In this document: positions 41,131-52,092 of the stretch, piece by piece
How positions within the stretch are numbered: the stretch's first letter is position 1
Layout: the number at the start of each line of letters is the position of its first letter
Assembly (NCBI GenBank): GCA_963705305.1
Contig: OY970067.1
Coordinates: 2,944,001 to 3,008,000, forward strand
Origin: an uncultured Methylomirabilota bacterium
Lineage (GTDB): Bacteria; Methylomirabilota; Methylomirabilia; Methylomirabilales; 2-02-FULL-66-22
Length of the DNA: 64,000 bases
Direction of reading: 5' to 3'
Made by a program: the position numbers and the translations under genes
Notes under the pieces: model-generated
Databases searched by the model: none
Seen by the model: only the letters and a program-made list of their open reading frames with translations
What the model was told of the DNA's origin: nothing

Positions 41131-41592
41131 TTACCCGTCGATCGAAGGGTCCGTCGGCGATTCGAGCAGGATGGTCACCGGCCCGTCGTTGACCAGCTCC
41201 ACCTGCATGACTGTTTGAAAGCGACCGGCAGCGGTGATTATTCCACGGCAAAGGAGCAAGTCAACGAATTTTTCAAATAATGTCCGGGCTTCCTCCGCCG
41301 GGGCCGCTGCGTCGAAGCTCGGCCGCCGGCCCTTGCGGGCATCCCCGTACAGGGTGAATTGGGACACCGCCAAGGCCTGCCCCCCGGTGTCGAGGAGGGA
41401 GCGATTCATCCTGCCGTCGGCGTCCTCGAAGATCCGTAAATGGACGATCTTATCGACCATCCACGACAGGGCCGCCTCCTCCTCCCCGCGGCGGAAGCCC
41501 ACGAAAAGGAGGACGCCCGGCCCAATGGCCGCGATCGTCTCGCCTCCGATATGGACGGCTGCCTGGGCTACCCGCTGGACGAGCACGCGCAT
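41131..41592 (-). CDS. dtd: D-aminoacyl-tRNA deacylase
   Basis: MRVLVQRV, SQFTL, NDGPVT. Confidence 0.95.
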   Translation of the reverse strand: MRVLVQRVAQAAVHIGGETIAAIGPGVLLFVGFRRGEEEAALSWMVDKIVHLRIFEDADGRMNRSLLDTGGQALAVSQFTLYGDARKGRRPSFDAAAPAEEARTLFEKFVDLLLCRGIITAAGRFQTVMQVELVNDGPVTILLESPTDPSIDG

Positions 41593-41747
41593 TCCGCGGA
41601 CCCCCGGGGAGAAACCCGTCTTTCCCGGAGCGGAACTATAGCAGAAAAAGGGTTCGGCCGTGCGCAGAAATTGCGCTGACCGGACAGAGCAAGAGTCGGC
41701 ACCAGGCAAGGGGAGCGGTGGCCCGGGACCGCGAGCCCGGGCGCAGA

Positions 41748-43772
41748 TCAGGAGGCCGGATCGACGAGGTGGAGTTCCTGCCCGGGACGGATGGCGGCAT
41801 CCTTGGAGAGTTTGTTCCAGCGCCGGAGGTCCTCGGGCGAGACCCCAAAGGCTTGCCCGATCTCCCAGAGGGTGTCACCCTGCTTGACCACATACCGCCG
41901 CTTGGCAGCCGGGCGGGAGGACGAATGTCGGACAGGCGCGGCAGGTGTCCGAACAGCAGCCGCCTGAATCTCTGCAGGGGAGACGACCAGCAGTGTCTGC
42001 CCGGGACGGAGAGCGGCATCCCTCGAGAGCCTGTTCCAGCGCCGGAGATCGTTCAGCGAGACGCCAGAGCTCTTGGCGATCCACGACAGTGTGTCCCCCG
42101 GCCTCACCACGTATGTGCGCCCGGCGTGGCGCACCGGCGCAGCCGAGGGGGCGGTCCGGGTTGCCTTCGCCAGCGCGACCGTCCCGCTTTCAGCCGAGGA
42201 GGGAATGCGCAGGAGCATGCCCACCTTCAGAGCCTGGCGCTTGCCGAGGCCGTTCATCTCCGCGAGCGCCTCCGGATCGACCCGGTACTGACGGGCAACA
42301 CGACGAAGCGTCTCCCCCTTGCGGACCCGGTGGGTCGCCCACCGGACGCGCTCCGCCGGTGGGATGCGCGAGATGGCTTCCAGGAACGTCTCCGTGCGTC
42401 CGGCCGGGATGCGGAGGGAGTAGCGCGAAACATCCGGGGGAGTCGTCCCGCGGGTCAACTCAGGATTTAACTCCCGGATCCGTTCGACGGACGTGCCGGC
42501 AGCCTGCGCCGCGATCTTCAAATCGGTGGGGTGCAAGAGCCGAACCGTCTCACTTTCCAGGCCCTTTTCCGGTGGCACGGAAAACCCATACCGCTCGGGG
42601 TAGTGGGAGATGAGGGTCATGGCCATGATCGCCGGCACGAAGAGCTTGGTCTCCCTGGGAAGCTTGAGCGACCAGAAATCGCGCGTGCGCTGCCGCTGGA
42701 TGGCCCGCTGCAGCGCCCCCTCCCCGAGATTGTAGGCGGCGAGAGCCAGGGGCCATGAATCGAACATTTCGTGAAGCGTCTTCAAATACTCGGCCGCGGC
42801 GCGGGTGGATTTTTCGGGGTCGCGCCGTTCGTCCAGCCACCAGGAGGTGTGCATCCCGAAGAGGCGGGCCGTCGAAGGAATAAACTGCCAGATGCCTGCC
42901 GCCTTGGCCCGAGAGGTGGCGTGCGGATTCACGGCGCTCTCGATGAAGGCCAGGTTGGTGAGCTCTTCCGGCAGCGCCTTCTCCTGAAAGATCCGGCGCA
43001 TCATCGGGAGATACCGGCTGGCCCGCTCGAACGCCTGGGTGATGACGCCCCACTTGCGGGTCTGGAAATACTCCAGGAAGGACTCCACCTCATCGTTGAG
43101 GATGATAGGAAATTGCGATCCCTCCACCTCGGTTCCGACGTCCGGGGCCTCTTTTTCCTTGGCCGGGGCCTCGGTCACGGCCTGAATGTCGTCCGGTCCC
43201 AGCAGCGCCGGGGCGTCCAGTGGCGGCTCCTCGGCCGCGGTGGAATCGGAGTCGTCGGCCGACGAAGACGGCGATGCGACGTTTGTCATCGGCGCCGCCA
43301 GCTCCCTCACCCAGCTGGATGGAGGAAAGCTCACGGGACGCGTGACCGCTGCCAATCCGGCCGGGGGAGCGTAGACCGGATTGGTTGTCAGGAGAGTCTC
43401 CAGGGCGGCGTCGAATTCCCATTCGGCCTGATCGGCATCGCCGCTCTGCATCGCCTGGAGTCCGCGCTGGTAGTACGAGGTTGCGCGTCCCATGGCGACG
43501 GTCAGCGCCGCGGGCCCGGGCGGGGCCGCGGGGGCGGGGGCCGCGGCCGATCCGGGGCTGGTGATGGGAGCTGGGGGCGGGCTGCCGGAAGGCGATCCGA
43601 ACTGCAGGGTCCATTCGACTCCGCTCGAGAGCTCGCGACCCCGCGCCAAATCGGTGCGCTGCAAGGGGGACAGCCCCGAGACGGGAGACGTTGTCGCGCA
43701 TCCGGCGAGCAGGCTGGCCAGGAGGGCACACCACAGAAAGCTCAGGGGTCCAGGAGGTTGCCGAACCGGCAT
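41748..43772 (-). CDS. mltD: MltD-like lytic transglycosylase lipoprotein with three LysM domains
   Basis: Lipobox LAGC, IESA, GIWQF, AAYNLG, three LysM repeats. Confidence 0.88.
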   Translation of the reverse strand: MPVRQPPGPLSFLWCALLASLLAGCATTSPVSGLSPLQRTDLARGRELSSGVEWTLQFGSPSGSPPPAPITSPGSAAAPAPAAPPGPAALTVAMGRATSYYQRGLQAMQSGDADQAEWEFDAALETLLTTNPVYAPPAGLAAVTRPVSFPPSSWVRELAAPMTNVASPSSSADDSDSTAAEEPPLDAPALLGPDDIQAVTEAPAKEKEAPDVGTEVEGSQFPIILNDEVESFLEYFQTRKWGVITQAFERASRYLPMMRRIFQEKALPEELTNLAFIESAVNPHATSRAKAAGIWQFIPSTARLFGMHTSWWLDERRDPEKSTRAAAEYLKTLHEMFDSWPLALAAYNLGEGALQRAIQRQRTRDFWSLKLPRETKLFVPAIMAMTLISHYPERYGFSVPPEKGLESETVRLLHPTDLKIAAQAAGTSVERIRELNPELTRGTTPPDVSRYSLRIPAGRTETFLEAISRIPPAERVRWATHRVRKGETLRRVARQYRVDPEALAEMNGLGKRQALKVGMLLRIPSSAESGTVALAKATRTAPSAAPVRHAGRTYVVRPGDTLSWIAKSSGVSLNDLRRWNRLSRDAALRPGQTLLVVSPAEIQAAAVRTPAAPVRHSSSRPAAKRRYVVKQGDTLWEIGQAFGVSPEDLRRWNKLSKDAAIRPGQELHLVDPAS

Positions 43773-43928
43773 CAAATGCCCTCCGCCTAGGACTGCCCGG
43801 AATCAGGCAGCGATGACGGAAGTGATGTGTTTTGTCGGTCGTCCTTGAAGGCCCCTGAACGAGCGGGCACAAATACTGCCCTCCTTTTTACCTGTCACTG
43901 CGGTCTTTGTCAAGATCTGCTTGCCTGT

Positions 43929-45221
43929 TGTGAAGATGCTCTGAGAATTTGTCCTCCCCTAACTGCTCAGGGATTCTGTCCTCTCACCGAGAGGAGGACA
44001 GATGACCCTGACACCCGAAGAAGGACGGAGACTGCACGTGCTCACCCTCCTGGAAGGGAGACGGATCTCCCTGGGCCAGGCGGCCGAAGGGTTGGGCGTA
44101 ACTGCCCGGCAGGTCCGGCGGCTGCGGGTGAGGTTGCGCCGCGATGGCCCGGCGGCCCTGATCCATGGCAATCGGGGGCGGCACGCGTCCCATCGGCTCC
44201 CGGAGGAGCTCCAGACCCAGATCGTCACCTTCGCCCGCGGACGGTACACCGGCCTCAACGATGTCCACCTCACCGAGAAGCTCACCACCGTCGAAGGGCT
44301 CACCGTGAGCCGGGCCACGGTGCAGCGGGTGCTCCGGGCCGCGGGGCTCGTCTCGCCCGGGCGGCACCGGCCGCCCCGGCACGGGAGCCGACGCCCCCGG
44401 CGGGCCCACGCAGCCCCCCTGTAGCCTCCTGGGGGCCATCGACGATGCCACGGGGGCCGTCCTCGCGGCCACCTTCCGCGCCCAGGAAGATGCGGCGGGC
44501 TCCCTCACGCTCCTCCACACGGGGGGGCGCACCGTGGGGCTCCCGGCCGCGGTCGACCCGGATGCCCATGGCATCTTCGTGCGTCCCGATGCCCACTGGA
44601 CGCTCGCCGAGGAGCTCCAGGGGTTCCAGGACCCGCTGCAGGTCGGCCGGGCGCTGCAGGCGCTGGGGATTCACCACCTCGTCGCCGAGAGCCCGCAGGC
44701 CAAGGGCCGGATCGAGCGCCTCTGGAACACCTTGCAGGATCGCCTCGTGGCCGAACTTCGCCTGGCGGGCATCACGACGCTGGCGGCCGCGAACGTCTTC
44801 CTCGCGACGACCTTCCTCCCGGCCTTCAACGCCCAGTTCGCCGTGCCGCCCGCCGTGGCCGCCCCGGCGTACCGCCGGGTTCCCCGCGGGATCGACCTCA
44901 CGCGCCTCTGCGCCTTCCACTACGCGCGGCAGGTGGCCCTAGACAACACCGTGCGCGTGGACGAGGTGGTGCTCCAACTCGTCCCCGGCCCGTATCGCCG
45001 GAGTTACGCTCGAGCCCAGGCCGACGTCGCGCAGTGTCTCGATGGGTCCTGGCGGGTCTCCGTCGGGGACCGCCTCGTCGGCACGACGCCCGCCCCGCCC
45101 GATCCGGGGCAGCTCCGCGCCCGGAAGCGCCGGTGAGCCCCGCGGGCCCCGCGGGGTGGCATGGGCGCGCGAGGACATTTTCTCGGAGCAGTTAGGCGGA
45201 CATTTTCCCTGAGCACCGACA
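43929..45221 (+). mobile_element. IS1202-family (ISNCY) element, internally deleted
   Basis: TGT..ACA ends with doubled subterminal GGACA..CT(C/G)..AGCA boxes; 15-bp direct repeat GATCTGCTTGCCTGT at 43914-28 and 45222-36. Confidence 0.82.
44002..45136 (+). pseudogene. IS1202/ISNCY transposase pseudogene
   Basis: HTH (RQVRRL..HGNRG) stops at 44424; catalytic part (LLGAIDDATG..SPQAKGRIERLWNTLQDRL) continues in another frame; region of the first catalytic Asp is missing. Confidence 0.85.
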
Positions 45222-45360
45222 GATCTGCTTGCCTGTTGCGCGAGGGTGGGCTGCCGGCGCGGGGCTGGGGAGAGCGGCCGAGGAGCCGGAGGTGTCGAGG
45301 TCACCCGCCGGCTCCCACGGCGGTCGGCTTGGCGTCCCTTTGCAGACCCCGGAGCCGGGG

Positions 45361-45696
45361 TCAACGCGTGGATCGATCCACCCAGGTCAGGTAGGGTGCG
45401 CTGCCCGCGGCGATAGGCAGGGCGATAATCTCCGGCGTCGAGTAGGGGTGCAGCGTCTTGACCCGCCGGCTGAGGGCGGCGAAGCGGGCACGGCGGGTCT
45501 TCACGAGCAGCAGTGCCTCGGGGTCCCGGCAGAGGTCCCCCTCCCAGCGATAGAGGGAAGTCAAGCCGGGGACCAGGTTCACGCAAGCGGCGAGGCGCTC
45601 CTCCACCAGGATGCGGGCGAGCGACTCCCCGACGTCCGGGTTCGGGCAGGTGATCAGGACGACGATGCACGCTGGATGGGGAGATCGAGTCGCCAT
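45361..45696 (-). CDS. cutA: Divalent-cation tolerance protein CutA
   Basis: RLAACVN, SLYRWEG, HPYSTPEI, YLTWV. Confidence 0.93.
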   Translation of the reverse strand: MATRSPHPACIVVLITCPNPDVGESLARILVEERLAACVNLVPGLTSLYRWEGDLCRDPEALLLVKTRRARFAALSRRVKTLHPYSTPEIIALPIAAGSAPYLTWVDRSTR

Positions 45697-45909
45697 GCTG
45701 TCCTCCGCGGGCTTCTAAGCCCCATTCCGAACATATCTCACCGCCAAGCGCCAAGAATGCCCTGGCGGGAATGAGCGGAAGGCCCAGGGGCTCGAGCCGC
45801 GTCAAATCCCCTAAAAGGGGCGTTCCAAAGCATCGATTCAAAGCCGCCGTACTCCTTGGACTGTGGAGTCTTGGCGTCATGGCGGCTCGCGAATGTTCTC
45901 GGTTCGAGG

Positions 45910-47079
45910 TTAGGAGGCGGGCATCTCGCCGATCCGGACCTTGACGCTGTGCGTGATCTTCTCCCGCAGTATGGTCACCTCAACGGTCTTGCCGATGTCC
46001 GCCTCGGCGATGACCTGTTGCAGCTGCCGCGGATCCTTAACCGGCGTTCCGTTCACGGCCAGGATCAGGTCGCCGGCCTTCAGACCCGCCGATTCGGCCG
46101 GACTCTTGGGCATCACCTGGCTCACCAGAACGCCCTCCGCGTCAACGCCGAAGCTCTTGGCCAGCTCGGGGGTGAGCGGCTGAATGCCGATGCCCAGCCA
46201 GCCTCGCGTGACCTTTCCCTTCGTCACCAGATCGTCGATTACTTTCCGGGCCATGTTGATCGGAATGGCAAAACCGATGCCCTGCCCCGCAGCGACGATG
46301 GCGGTATTGATGCCGACGACTTCACCCCTGATATTCAGCAGGGGGCCGCCGCTATTGCCGGGATTGATCGAGGCGTCCGTCTGAATGAAGTTCTCGTAGG
46401 TTGCGATCCCGACCTCCGACCGCCCGGTCGCGCTGATGACTCCGACGGTCAAGGTATGGTCCAGCCCAAAGGGATTTCCAATGGCAATGGCCCATTCGCC
46501 GACCCGAAGCGCGTCCGAATTGCCCAGCCGGGCTGCAGGGAGGTCCGCCTTGACTGGAACGCGGATCACGGCCAGGTCGGTCTTGGGATCGGTTCCGACG
46601 ACCCTCCCTTTGACTTCATGATTGTCGGCGAACTTCACAGTGATCTCGTCGGCATCCCGGATGACGTGGTTATTGGTGAGGATCAGCCCGCTCTTATCGA
46701 TGACCACACCCGACCCCAGGCTGGTGGTGGGCTGCCGGCGGTGGGGAGTTCCCTCAAAGAACCTGTCGAAGAAGTCCCGGAAGAACGGGTCGTTGCCGAA
46801 CGGCTGAAAGAACTCACCGGGGTTCCGCCCGGCACGGGACGTCACGGTGCTGATGTTGACCACGGATGGCGTGACGAGCTCCGCCACGCGCACGAATGGA
46901 CTGTCGGGTGTGGCAGCGTCCGAGACGGGGGGAAGCGAGGAGCGCAGGGGGATGGCGGCCGGCCCCCATGTGGGAGGAGTCGGCTTCGTCAAGGCGCTGT
47001 GCACGTATATGCCGAGGCTGAAGAAAATCAGGGCATACAGCACAAGGGTCAGGCCTTTGAACCAGCGCGTGCTTGTCAT
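45910..47079 (-). CDS. HtrA/DegP-family serine protease (single PDZ)
   Basis: LGSG, TNNHV, DLAV, QTDASINPGNSGGPL, one PDZ domain, N-terminal TM. Confidence 0.93.
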   Translation of the reverse strand: MTSTRWFKGLTLVLYALIFFSLGIYVHSALTKPTPPTWGPAAIPLRSSLPPVSDAATPDSPFVRVAELVTPSVVNISTVTSRAGRNPGEFFQPFGNDPFFRDFFDRFFEGTPHRRQPTTSLGSGVVIDKSGLILTNNHVIRDADEITVKFADNHEVKGRVVGTDPKTDLAVIRVPVKADLPAARLGNSDALRVGEWAIAIGNPFGLDHTLTVGVISATGRSEVGIATYENFIQTDASINPGNSGGPLLNIRGEVVGINTAIVAAGQGIGFAIPINMARKVIDDLVTKGKVTRGWLGIGIQPLTPELAKSFGVDAEGVLVSQVMPKSPAESAGLKAGDLILAVNGTPVKDPRQLQQVIAEADIGKTVEVTILREKITHSVKVRIGEMPAS

Positions 47080-47114
47080 GTCTGACCTTCCATTGTTTGG
47101 AGGGGAATGGGTCA

Positions 47115-47143
47115 ATTAAAGGCTAGGTATCCTACAGTGTCAA
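47115..47143 (-). promoter_or_regulatory. Sigma70-type promoter for the htrA-like gene
   Basis: Minus strand TTGACA-N17-TTTAAT. Confidence 0.55.
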
Positions 47144-47276
47144 CACATAAGAGCGTCAATACATGGATGGAGAGCGTGGCAGGTCCGTACTGATCCATGG
47201 CTATTTACTTTATCGCTTTGTCTGACGAACACTGATAAGTACTCATCATCAATTGGTTATTTTCTTCATATAAGAA

Positions 47277-47306
47277 CTTGACAAGTAATGGCTCAAGTTT
47301 TATATT
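47277..47306 (+). promoter_or_regulatory. dnaK promoter overlapped by a HAIR (HspR) operator
   Basis: TTGACA (47278)-N17-TATATT (47301); CTTGACA-N7-GCTCAAG (47277-47297) versus HAIR consensus CTTGAGT-N7-ACTCAAG. Confidence 0.8.
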
Positions 47307-47389
47307 GACTGCGTCATGATCCATTGAGCAGATGGAGAACGACGCGAACGTGAATCCATGGGCTGTCCCACAAAACCAGGAGGTAAAAA

Positions 47390-49312
47390 GTGGGGAAAGT
47401 TATCGGAATTGACCTTGGTACGACCAACTCAGTTGTAGCGGTGATGGAGGGTGGAGACCCTGTGGTCATCACCAATGCCGAGGGTGGTCGCCTGACGCCT
47501 TCCGTGGTCGGTTTTACGAAAGATGGCGAGCGGCTGGTGGGGCAAGTGGCGCGTCGCCAAGCCATCACCAATCCGGAGAATACCGTTTTCTCGATCAAGA
47601 GGTTCATGGGCAGACGATACGACGAGGTGACCCAGGAGATCAAGCTGGTGCCTTACAGGGTGGCCCGCGGGTCGAGCGGTGACGTTCGGGTGGAGGTGCG
47701 GGGGAAACAATACTCGCCGCCCGAGATCTCGGCCATGATCCTGCAAAAGCTGAAGGAGGCCGCGGAGGCTTACCTTGGTGAGAAGGTCACCCAGGCGGTC
47801 ATTACGGTGCCGGCGTACTTCAACGACAGCCAGCGGCAGGCGACCAAAGACGCGGGCACCATCGCCGGTCTCGAGGTTTTGCGGATCGTCAACGAACCGA
47901 CCGCCGCGGCGCTCGCCTATGGGCTGGACAAGAAGAAGGACGAGCGGATCGCCGTCTTCGACCTGGGCGGCGGAACCTTCGACATCTCCATCCTGGAGCT
48001 AGGGGAGGGGGTCTTCGAGGTCAAATCCACCAACGGCGACACCCACCTGGGTGGCGACGACTTCGACGACCGGGTCATCCAGTGGCTGGTGGCCGAGTTC
48101 AAGAAGGATCAGGGGATCGATCTGAGCAAGGACCGCATGGCCTTGCAGCGCCTGAAGGAGGCAGCCGAGAAGGCCAAGTGCGAGCTCAGCTCGACCATGG
48201 AGACCGAGATCAACCTGCCTTTTGTGACCGCGGATGCCTCGGGGCCGAAACACCTGAACCTGAAGCTGACCCGGGCAAAGCTGGAACAGCTGGTGGAGGA
48301 TCTGATCCAGCGGACCGTCGGCCCATGCCGCCAGGCTCTGAAGGACTCCGGCCTGGAGGCCAACCAGATCGACGAGGTGGTCCTGGTCGGCGGACAGACT
48401 CGGATGCCCAAGGTGCAGCAGATTGTGAAGGAGTTTTTCGGCAGGGAGCCCCACAAGGGGGTCAATCCGGACGAGGTCGTGGCTGTCGGCGCCGCCATCC
48501 AGGCCGGTGTGCTGGTGGGGGACGTGAAGGATGTGGTCCTGCTGGACGTCACCCCGCTTAGCCTGGGCATCGAAACCCTGGGCGGGGTGATGACCCGGCT
48601 GATCGAGCGGAACATGACCATCCCGACGCGGAAGAGCGAGATCTTCACCACCGCGGCGGACAATCAGACCAGCGTCGAGATCCACGTTCTGCAGGGCGAG
48701 CGCGAGATGGCCCGCGACAACCGGACACTCGGGAAGTTCCACCTGGTGGGCATCCCGTCGGCCCCGCGCGGCGTCCCGCAGATCGAGGTCGCCTTCGACA
48801 TCGACGCCAACGGCATCGTGAACGTCTCGGCCAAGGACCTGGCCACCGGGAAGGAACAGGCCATCACCATCACCGCCTCCTCAGGACTCGCGAAGGACGA
48901 TATCGACAAGATGGTGAAGGACGCCGAGGGGCACGCGGAGGATGATAAGAAGCGCCGGGCGGACATCGAGGCCCGTAACCAGGCCGATAGCATGGTCTAC
49001 AACACGGAGAAAATGCTCAACGAGAATCGGGAGAAGATCCCGGTGGCGGACATCAAACCCATCGAGGACGCCCTGGCCGCGGCCAAGGAAGCCCTGAAGA
49101 GCGAGGATATGGATCGGATCCGGCAGGCCATGGAGACGCTGACCAAGGCGTCGCACCATCTGGCCGAGGTGATGTACAAGCAGGCCCGCGAAAAACAGGC
49201 ACCTCCGGGTCCCGGCGACGCCAAGCAGGGCCAGCCGAAAGCCGACGGCCAGGCCCCGGAGGGCGAGGTGGTGGACGCCGAGTTCGAGGATCTGGGGAAG
49301 GGGAAGCGGTAA
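47390..49312 (+). CDS. dnaK: Chaperone DnaK
   Basis: [44 protein letters not shown] plus GTG. Confidence 0.99.
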   Translation: MGKVIGIDLGTTNSVVAVMEGGDPVVITNAEGGRLTPSVVGFTKDGERLVGQVARRQAITNPENTVFSIKRFMGRRYDEVTQEIKLVPYRVARGSSGDVRVEVRGKQYSPPEISAMILQKLKEAAEAYLGEKVTQAVITVPAYFNDSQRQATKDAGTIAGLEVLRIVNEPTAAALAYGLDKKKDERIAVFDLGGGTFDISILELGEGVFEVKSTNGDTHLGGDDFDDRVIQWLVAEFKKDQGIDLSKDRMALQRLKEAAEKAKCELSSTMETEINLPFVTADASGPKHLNLKLTRAKLEQLVEDLIQRTVGPCRQALKDSGLEANQIDEVVLVGGQTRMPKVQQIVKEFFGREPHKGVNPDEVVAVGAAIQAGVLVGDVKDVVLLDVTPLSLGIETLGGVMTRLIERNMTIPTRKSEIFTTAADNQTSVEIHVLQGEREMARDNRTLGKFHLVGIPSAPRGVPQIEVAFDIDANGIVNVSAKDLATGKEQAITITASSGLAKDDIDKMVKDAEGHAEDDKKRRADIEARNQADSMVYNTEKMLNENREKIPVADIKPIEDALAAAKEALKSEDMDRIRQAMETLTKASHHLAEVMYKQAREKQAPPGPGDAKQGQPKADGQAPEGEVVDAEFEDLGKGKR

Positions 49313-49378
49313 GCTGCCGGCCGGCGCCGGGTCCGTCGGGGACCCAGCGCGCCGGGCCACGCGAGGGGAGACGCAATC

Positions 49379-49825
49379 ATGGCTGTTGTGAAGTGGGATC
49401 CATTTCGGGACCTGCTCTCCATTCAGGACCGGATGAACAGGTTGTTCGAGCAGACGCTGTCTCGTTCCCGGCCGGAGGAGGGGATCTCGACATCCACGTG
49501 GGCTCCGGCGGTGGACATCTACGAGACGCCGGAGAATATTGTACTGAAGGCGGAGCTGCCGGGTCTCAGCCGGGAGGACATCGAGATCCACGTCCGCGAC
49601 AACATGTTGACCCTCAAGGGCGAGCGCCGTTTTTCCAAGGACGTGCAGGAGGAGAACTACCTGCGGATCGAGCGGGCCTACGGGGCCTTCGAGCGGAGCT
49701 TCACTTTACCCACCACCATCCGGCAGGACACCATCCGCGCGGTCTTCCGGGACGGCGTTCTGGAAGTCACGCTCCCGAAGGCCGAGGGGGCCAGGCCGAA
49801 AAAGATCCCCATTGAGGTCCGGTAG
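49379..49825 (+). CDS. Hsp20 small heat shock protein
   Basis: WDPFRDL, PAVDIYE, ERAYGAFERSF, DGVL. Confidence 0.93.
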   Translation: MAVVKWDPFRDLLSIQDRMNRLFEQTLSRSRPEEGISTSTWAPAVDIYETPENIVLKAELPGLSREDIEIHVRDNMLTLKGERRFSKDVQEENYLRIERAYGAFERSFTLPTTIRQDTIRAVFRDGVLEVTLPKAEGARPKKIPIEVR

Positions 49826-49886
49826 GATCCGGAGAAGATCTGCCTCGGAGCGGCCGTAGGGACCCGCAGGCGGGGCGAGGGGGGGC

Positions 49887-50348
49887 GTGGGACGGCAACC
49901 GTGGCTGGGGCCAGGCTGGGATCCTTCCGGCGATCTGGTCTCGATCCAGCAGCGGATGAATCAACTGTTCGAGATTTTGCTGGGGGCGAGGCCCGGAAAT
50001 CCGCAGGCGGTGGAGCGGACATGGGCGCCTGCCATGGATGTGTCGGAGACATTGACCGAGCTGCGGGTCCGAGTGGAGCTGCCCGGAATTCCTCGAAAGG
50101 ACATCGAGGCCTCCATCGTCAAGGGGGCCCTCGTGATCCGTGGGGAGCGGCGATCGGCGGCCGCCTCCGGGCAGGAGCAGCCGTTGCGGCTGGAGCGAAG
50201 CTCCGGGCCGTTCTATCGGAGTCTCGAGCTGCCGCCCAGCGTGGATCCCGACGGGGCGCGGGCGGTGTTTCGGGACGGGATCCTGGAGATCCGGATGCCC
50301 AAGCGGGCGGGGGCGACCTCACGGGCCATCAGCATGGAGGAATCATAG
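49887..50348 (+). CDS. Hsp20 small heat shock protein (second paralog)
   Basis: PAMDVSE, ELPG, ERSSGPFYRS, DGIL. Confidence 0.88.
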   Translation: MGRQPWLGPGWDPSGDLVSIQQRMNQLFEILLGARPGNPQAVERTWAPAMDVSETLTELRVRVELPGIPRKDIEASIVKGALVIRGERRSAAASGQEQPLRLERSSGPFYRSLELPPSVDPDGARAVFRDGILEIRMPKRAGATSRAISMEES

Positions 50349-50391
50349 GATGACAGACGGCTGGGCGGCCTGCCTCGGAGGATGAGCGAGG

Positions 50392-51507
50392 ATGACGAAG
50401 CAGGACTATTACGACGCGCTGGGGGTGCGGCGCGGGGCATCGGAGCAGGAGATCAAGCGGGCCTATCGGAAGCTGGCCCGGAAACACCACCCCGACGTCA
50501 ACCCCGGCAACAAGGCCGCTGAAGCCAAGTTCAAGGAGATCAGCGAGGCGTACGATGTCCTCAGCGATCCGGAGAAGCGCCGGCGCTACGACCAGCTCGG
50601 CCATGAGGCTTTCGCCCCGGGGGCTGGGGCCCGCGGGCCGGAGCCGGGTGCGGGTTTCCCCGGCTTTGACTTCAGCGACGTCAACATCGGCGGGGGCAAC
50701 TTCGGCGACCTGGGCGAGATCTTCTCCGACTTCCTCGGGCAGCGGGGATATTCGCAGGCTGCGGGTCCGGCCGCGGGGGAGGATCTGCACTACACCCTGG
50801 ACATCGGCTTTGAGGAGGCGATCCGCGGCCTGGCGACGGAGATCAACATTCAAAAGCGGTCTCCATGCGGGGTGTGCCACGGCAGCGGAGCCCGGCCCGG
50901 CAGCCCGCTGGATGTCTGTCCGAATTGTCACGGCAGCGGCCGTCTGGTCAGCCGAGGGCTCCTGCGGACGAGTCGGCCGTGCCCCCGCTGCCAGGGCAAC
51001 GGGAAGATCAGCCGGGAGGTCTGCACTGCCTGCGGCGGGCGCGGGGTCACGTTCGGAACGGAGCGCATCTCCGTCAAGATTCCGCCCGGAGTGGACAACG
51101 GCTCGCGGGTCCGGCTCCAGGGGAAGGGTGAGCCCGGGCGGAACGGCGGACCCCCTGGAGACCTCTACATTATCACGCGAGTCCGACCGCATGCTGTGCT
51201 GGAGCGGAAGGGGGATAATCTGCACGTGGAAGTTCCTGTCACCATCACCGAGGCCGCCCTGGGGGCCCGGATCGACGTGCCGAGCATCGACGGGACGACG
51301 ACCATGCGGATCCCCCCGGAGACCAGCAGCGGCCAGGTGTTTCGCCTGCGGGGCAAGGGCGTCCCTCACCTCAAGGGCGGCGGGCAGGGCGACCAGTTCG
51401 TGACGGTCAAGATCGTCGCGCCACGGAACCTGGACGCTCGATCCCAGGAACTTCTGCAGGAATTTGCCCGGCTGAATCCGGAGAATCCGCGGCAAGCGCC
51501 ACGGTAA
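50392..51507 (+). CDS. dnaJ: Chaperone DnaJ
   Basis: J domain HPD, G/F region, four CxxCxGxG repeats. Confidence 0.95.
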   Translation: MTKQDYYDALGVRRGASEQEIKRAYRKLARKHHPDVNPGNKAAEAKFKEISEAYDVLSDPEKRRRYDQLGHEAFAPGAGARGPEPGAGFPGFDFSDVNIGGGNFGDLGEIFSDFLGQRGYSQAAGPAAGEDLHYTLDIGFEEAIRGLATEINIQKRSPCGVCHGSGARPGSPLDVCPNCHGSGRLVSRGLLRTSRPCPRCQGNGKISREVCTACGGRGVTFGTERISVKIPPGVDNGSRVRLQGKGEPGRNGGPPGDLYIITRVRPHAVLERKGDNLHVEVPVTITEAALGARIDVPSIDGTTTMRIPPETSSGQVFRLRGKGVPHLKGGGQGDQFVTVKIVAPRNLDARSQELLQEFARLNPENPRQAPR

Positions 51508-51577
51508 GAGTGGCGGCGGACAGCCCAGGCCTTGCCCGGCATGACGGTCCGGGTTGCGCTTCCGCCGGCGAGGGAAC

Positions 51578-51979
51578 ATGGCGAAACAGAAGCGGCCCCT
51601 GTACATGATCAGCGTCGTGGCGGAGATGTTCGACATCCATCCGCAGACCCTTCGGGCCTACGAGCGCGAGGGGCTGCTGCGGCCCGCTCGGACCGACGGA
51701 AACACGCGCCTGTATTCCCAGGAGGACATCGAGCGGATCGAGATGATCCTGCGGCTGACGAAAGACCTGGGGGTCAACCTGGCGGGGGTCGAGGTCATCC
51801 TGAACATGCTCGAGCGCATGGGCGATATGCAGGAACGCGTGAACCAGATGCTCCAGGAAATGCTCCGCCGGATGGAGGAAGAGGTCAAACATAGGCAGCA
51901 GGTGCAGGAGAACGCCGAAGGACTGGTGCCGCTGGGGCGGAAGGGCATCGTCCGGCAAGTGCCCATCGAAGAACGATAG
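51578..51979 (+). CDS. hspR: HspR-like MerR-family heat-shock repressor
   Basis: [32 protein letters not shown]; lies in the dnaK operon, whose promoter has a HAIR site. Confidence 0.88.
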   Translation: MAKQKRPLYMISVVAEMFDIHPQTLRAYEREGLLRPARTDGNTRLYSQEDIERIEMILRLTKDLGVNLAGVEVILNMLERMGDMQERVNQMLQEMLRRMEEEVKHRQQVQENAEGLVPLGRKGIVRQVPIEER

Positions 51980-52000
51980 ACCGCGGCGGAGCGGCGCGGC

Positions 52001-52030
52001 TTGACAGGCTGCGGCAGTCTCCTCTATGCT
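52001..52030 (+). promoter_or_regulatory. Sigma70-type promoter for htpX
   Basis: TTGACA-N18-TATGCT. Confidence 0.55.
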
Positions 52031-52092
52031 CCGTCCGGATGTGGGGAAAGAGGCGGGGACGGCTCGTCTCGCACATCGAAGGAGTTGGATTC

